A DNA stretch of 62,853 nt, counting the filler, from Choristocarpus tenellus KU-1152 (lineage: Eukaryota; Protista; Phaeophyceae), in NCBI GenBank assembly GCA_964200185.2. It is 13 parts of 13 records of this genome, joined end to end, with 100 filler letters (N's around TTAATTAATTAA, not from the genome) between each part and the next. Parts side by side here need not be neighbours in the genome. Positions count along the whole stretch, not along the records: positions 59,887 to 62,853 come from CAXNAD020023300.1; 12 more parts are not named here. One strand, written 5' to 3'. The position numbers were made by a program, and so were the translations under genes. Numbering within the stretch: position 1 is the stretch's first letter; every line of letters starts with the position of its first letter. This document shows, one piece after another, positions 61,867-62,853 of this stretch. Under the pieces are notes generated by a model. That model ran no database searches and was not told where the DNA came from. It saw nothing but the letters and a program-made list of their open reading frames with translations.

Positions 61867-62853
61867 CGAGTTCTACTCCCTGCTTTTCGGTGTAGGAGTG
61901 AAGTGCTTTCAAAATAGGTGATAGTCATAACCGACTACATAGATATCAGGGTATCCTTCTGTCTTCTGACAGTTCTTGACGGATATATATCAGGTGAAAA
62001 CATGATCAAGGTGAGTTTCTTCAGATATTCACTTCATCTTCTTATTGCAAGAAGCATGTGTGAGATTAATAAGAATATTTACTATTTAAATACTACTAGT
62101 AATTGGTCTTCAGCAACGACCAAATAGAAGGGATGAAGGAAAGTATTCTCCATATTGTGTAACCATTTTGAACAATTGTATTAGAGAGTTTACTTGGAAC
62201 CATTCATGGGATAATCTAGAACCATTGTAGGAATATATTTTCAAGAATTTTGATAATGGTTGCCTTTTCGAATGTTTTGTCTGATATGTTTGGTCATTCT
62301 GGAGATTATTTGGATTCTTTTTGGATAGTAGAGAATATCTCTTCATAAGTTGGACAAATCGAGTCTGATTCTTGACGTACACCTGTCATAATTTGAACCA
62401 TATGCAGGTTAGACCACATTCTCACAGTAAATGAAACCTTTCGAATTTACTCATTTGTGGATACTCGCCATCATTTCTTGTATCTTGTTTTGCTCACGAA
62501 TTCTTGATTGTTAATATTATTCTCGATTCCTTTCCCTTGTCCTGTGCCCCTGCCGACAAAACTCAGATTACTTCATAAACGTTCACATTATATTATTTTC
62601 CCGTCGGACATTTTAAAGATATGTCATAAACAAAAATGAAAACTATTCAAATGTCAGAATCCCTGAAAATGTAACAGCTGTTGTAAATGTGAAAGATATT
62701 TTTCTATCATTGTGAGAGCCATCTTCCACATAAGGTATACCCTGAAGGTAACCTATCTTGAACATAATGATATTCGTATGACATTTGTTCTTGGATGTTG
62801 AAGGTAACATCTGCTTGAAGTAAGATCGGACCCAAAGTATCTGGGAGGGGGGG

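Noticed and set aside
61920-62825. AT-rich stretch upstream of the FNIP ORF with a 90-aa ORF
   Set aside because: All frames are broken and no family could be recognised.

Overview
Eukaryotic genomic DNA, not a contiguous locus: 13 short contigs are joined by 12 artificial 100-bp linkers (N44-TTAATTAATTAA-N44, stops in all six frames), so neighbourhood across linkers is meaningless. Intron-rich GT-AG genes, CCCTAA telomere-type repeats, a CDPK, WP-type FNIP repeats and RTE-type LINE relics suggest a stramenopile, probably a brown alga or relative (inference). Recognisable host genes: VTA1 (start to stop), a divergent LamG-domain membrane protein, a VPS13-like fragment, the CAF-1 p60 3' end, one DEAH-helicase exon, a CDPK, the cathepsin Z 5' half, the THOC2 5' end and a 14-repeat FNIP protein. 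Mobile DNA: a chromodomain Ty3/Gypsy relic, Copia, LINE and mariner relics, an 8-exon Sola-type transposase, and two related MITE families with 4-bp target duplications whose poly-G tracts coincide with many contig breaks. The most unusual region is 43.4-48 kb: a decayed ParB/Srx-like (NGQHR) ORF beside two tandem arrays, one made of ~78-bp units carrying a GGTGATATCACC palindrome. All assignments are by eye; no database searches were run.
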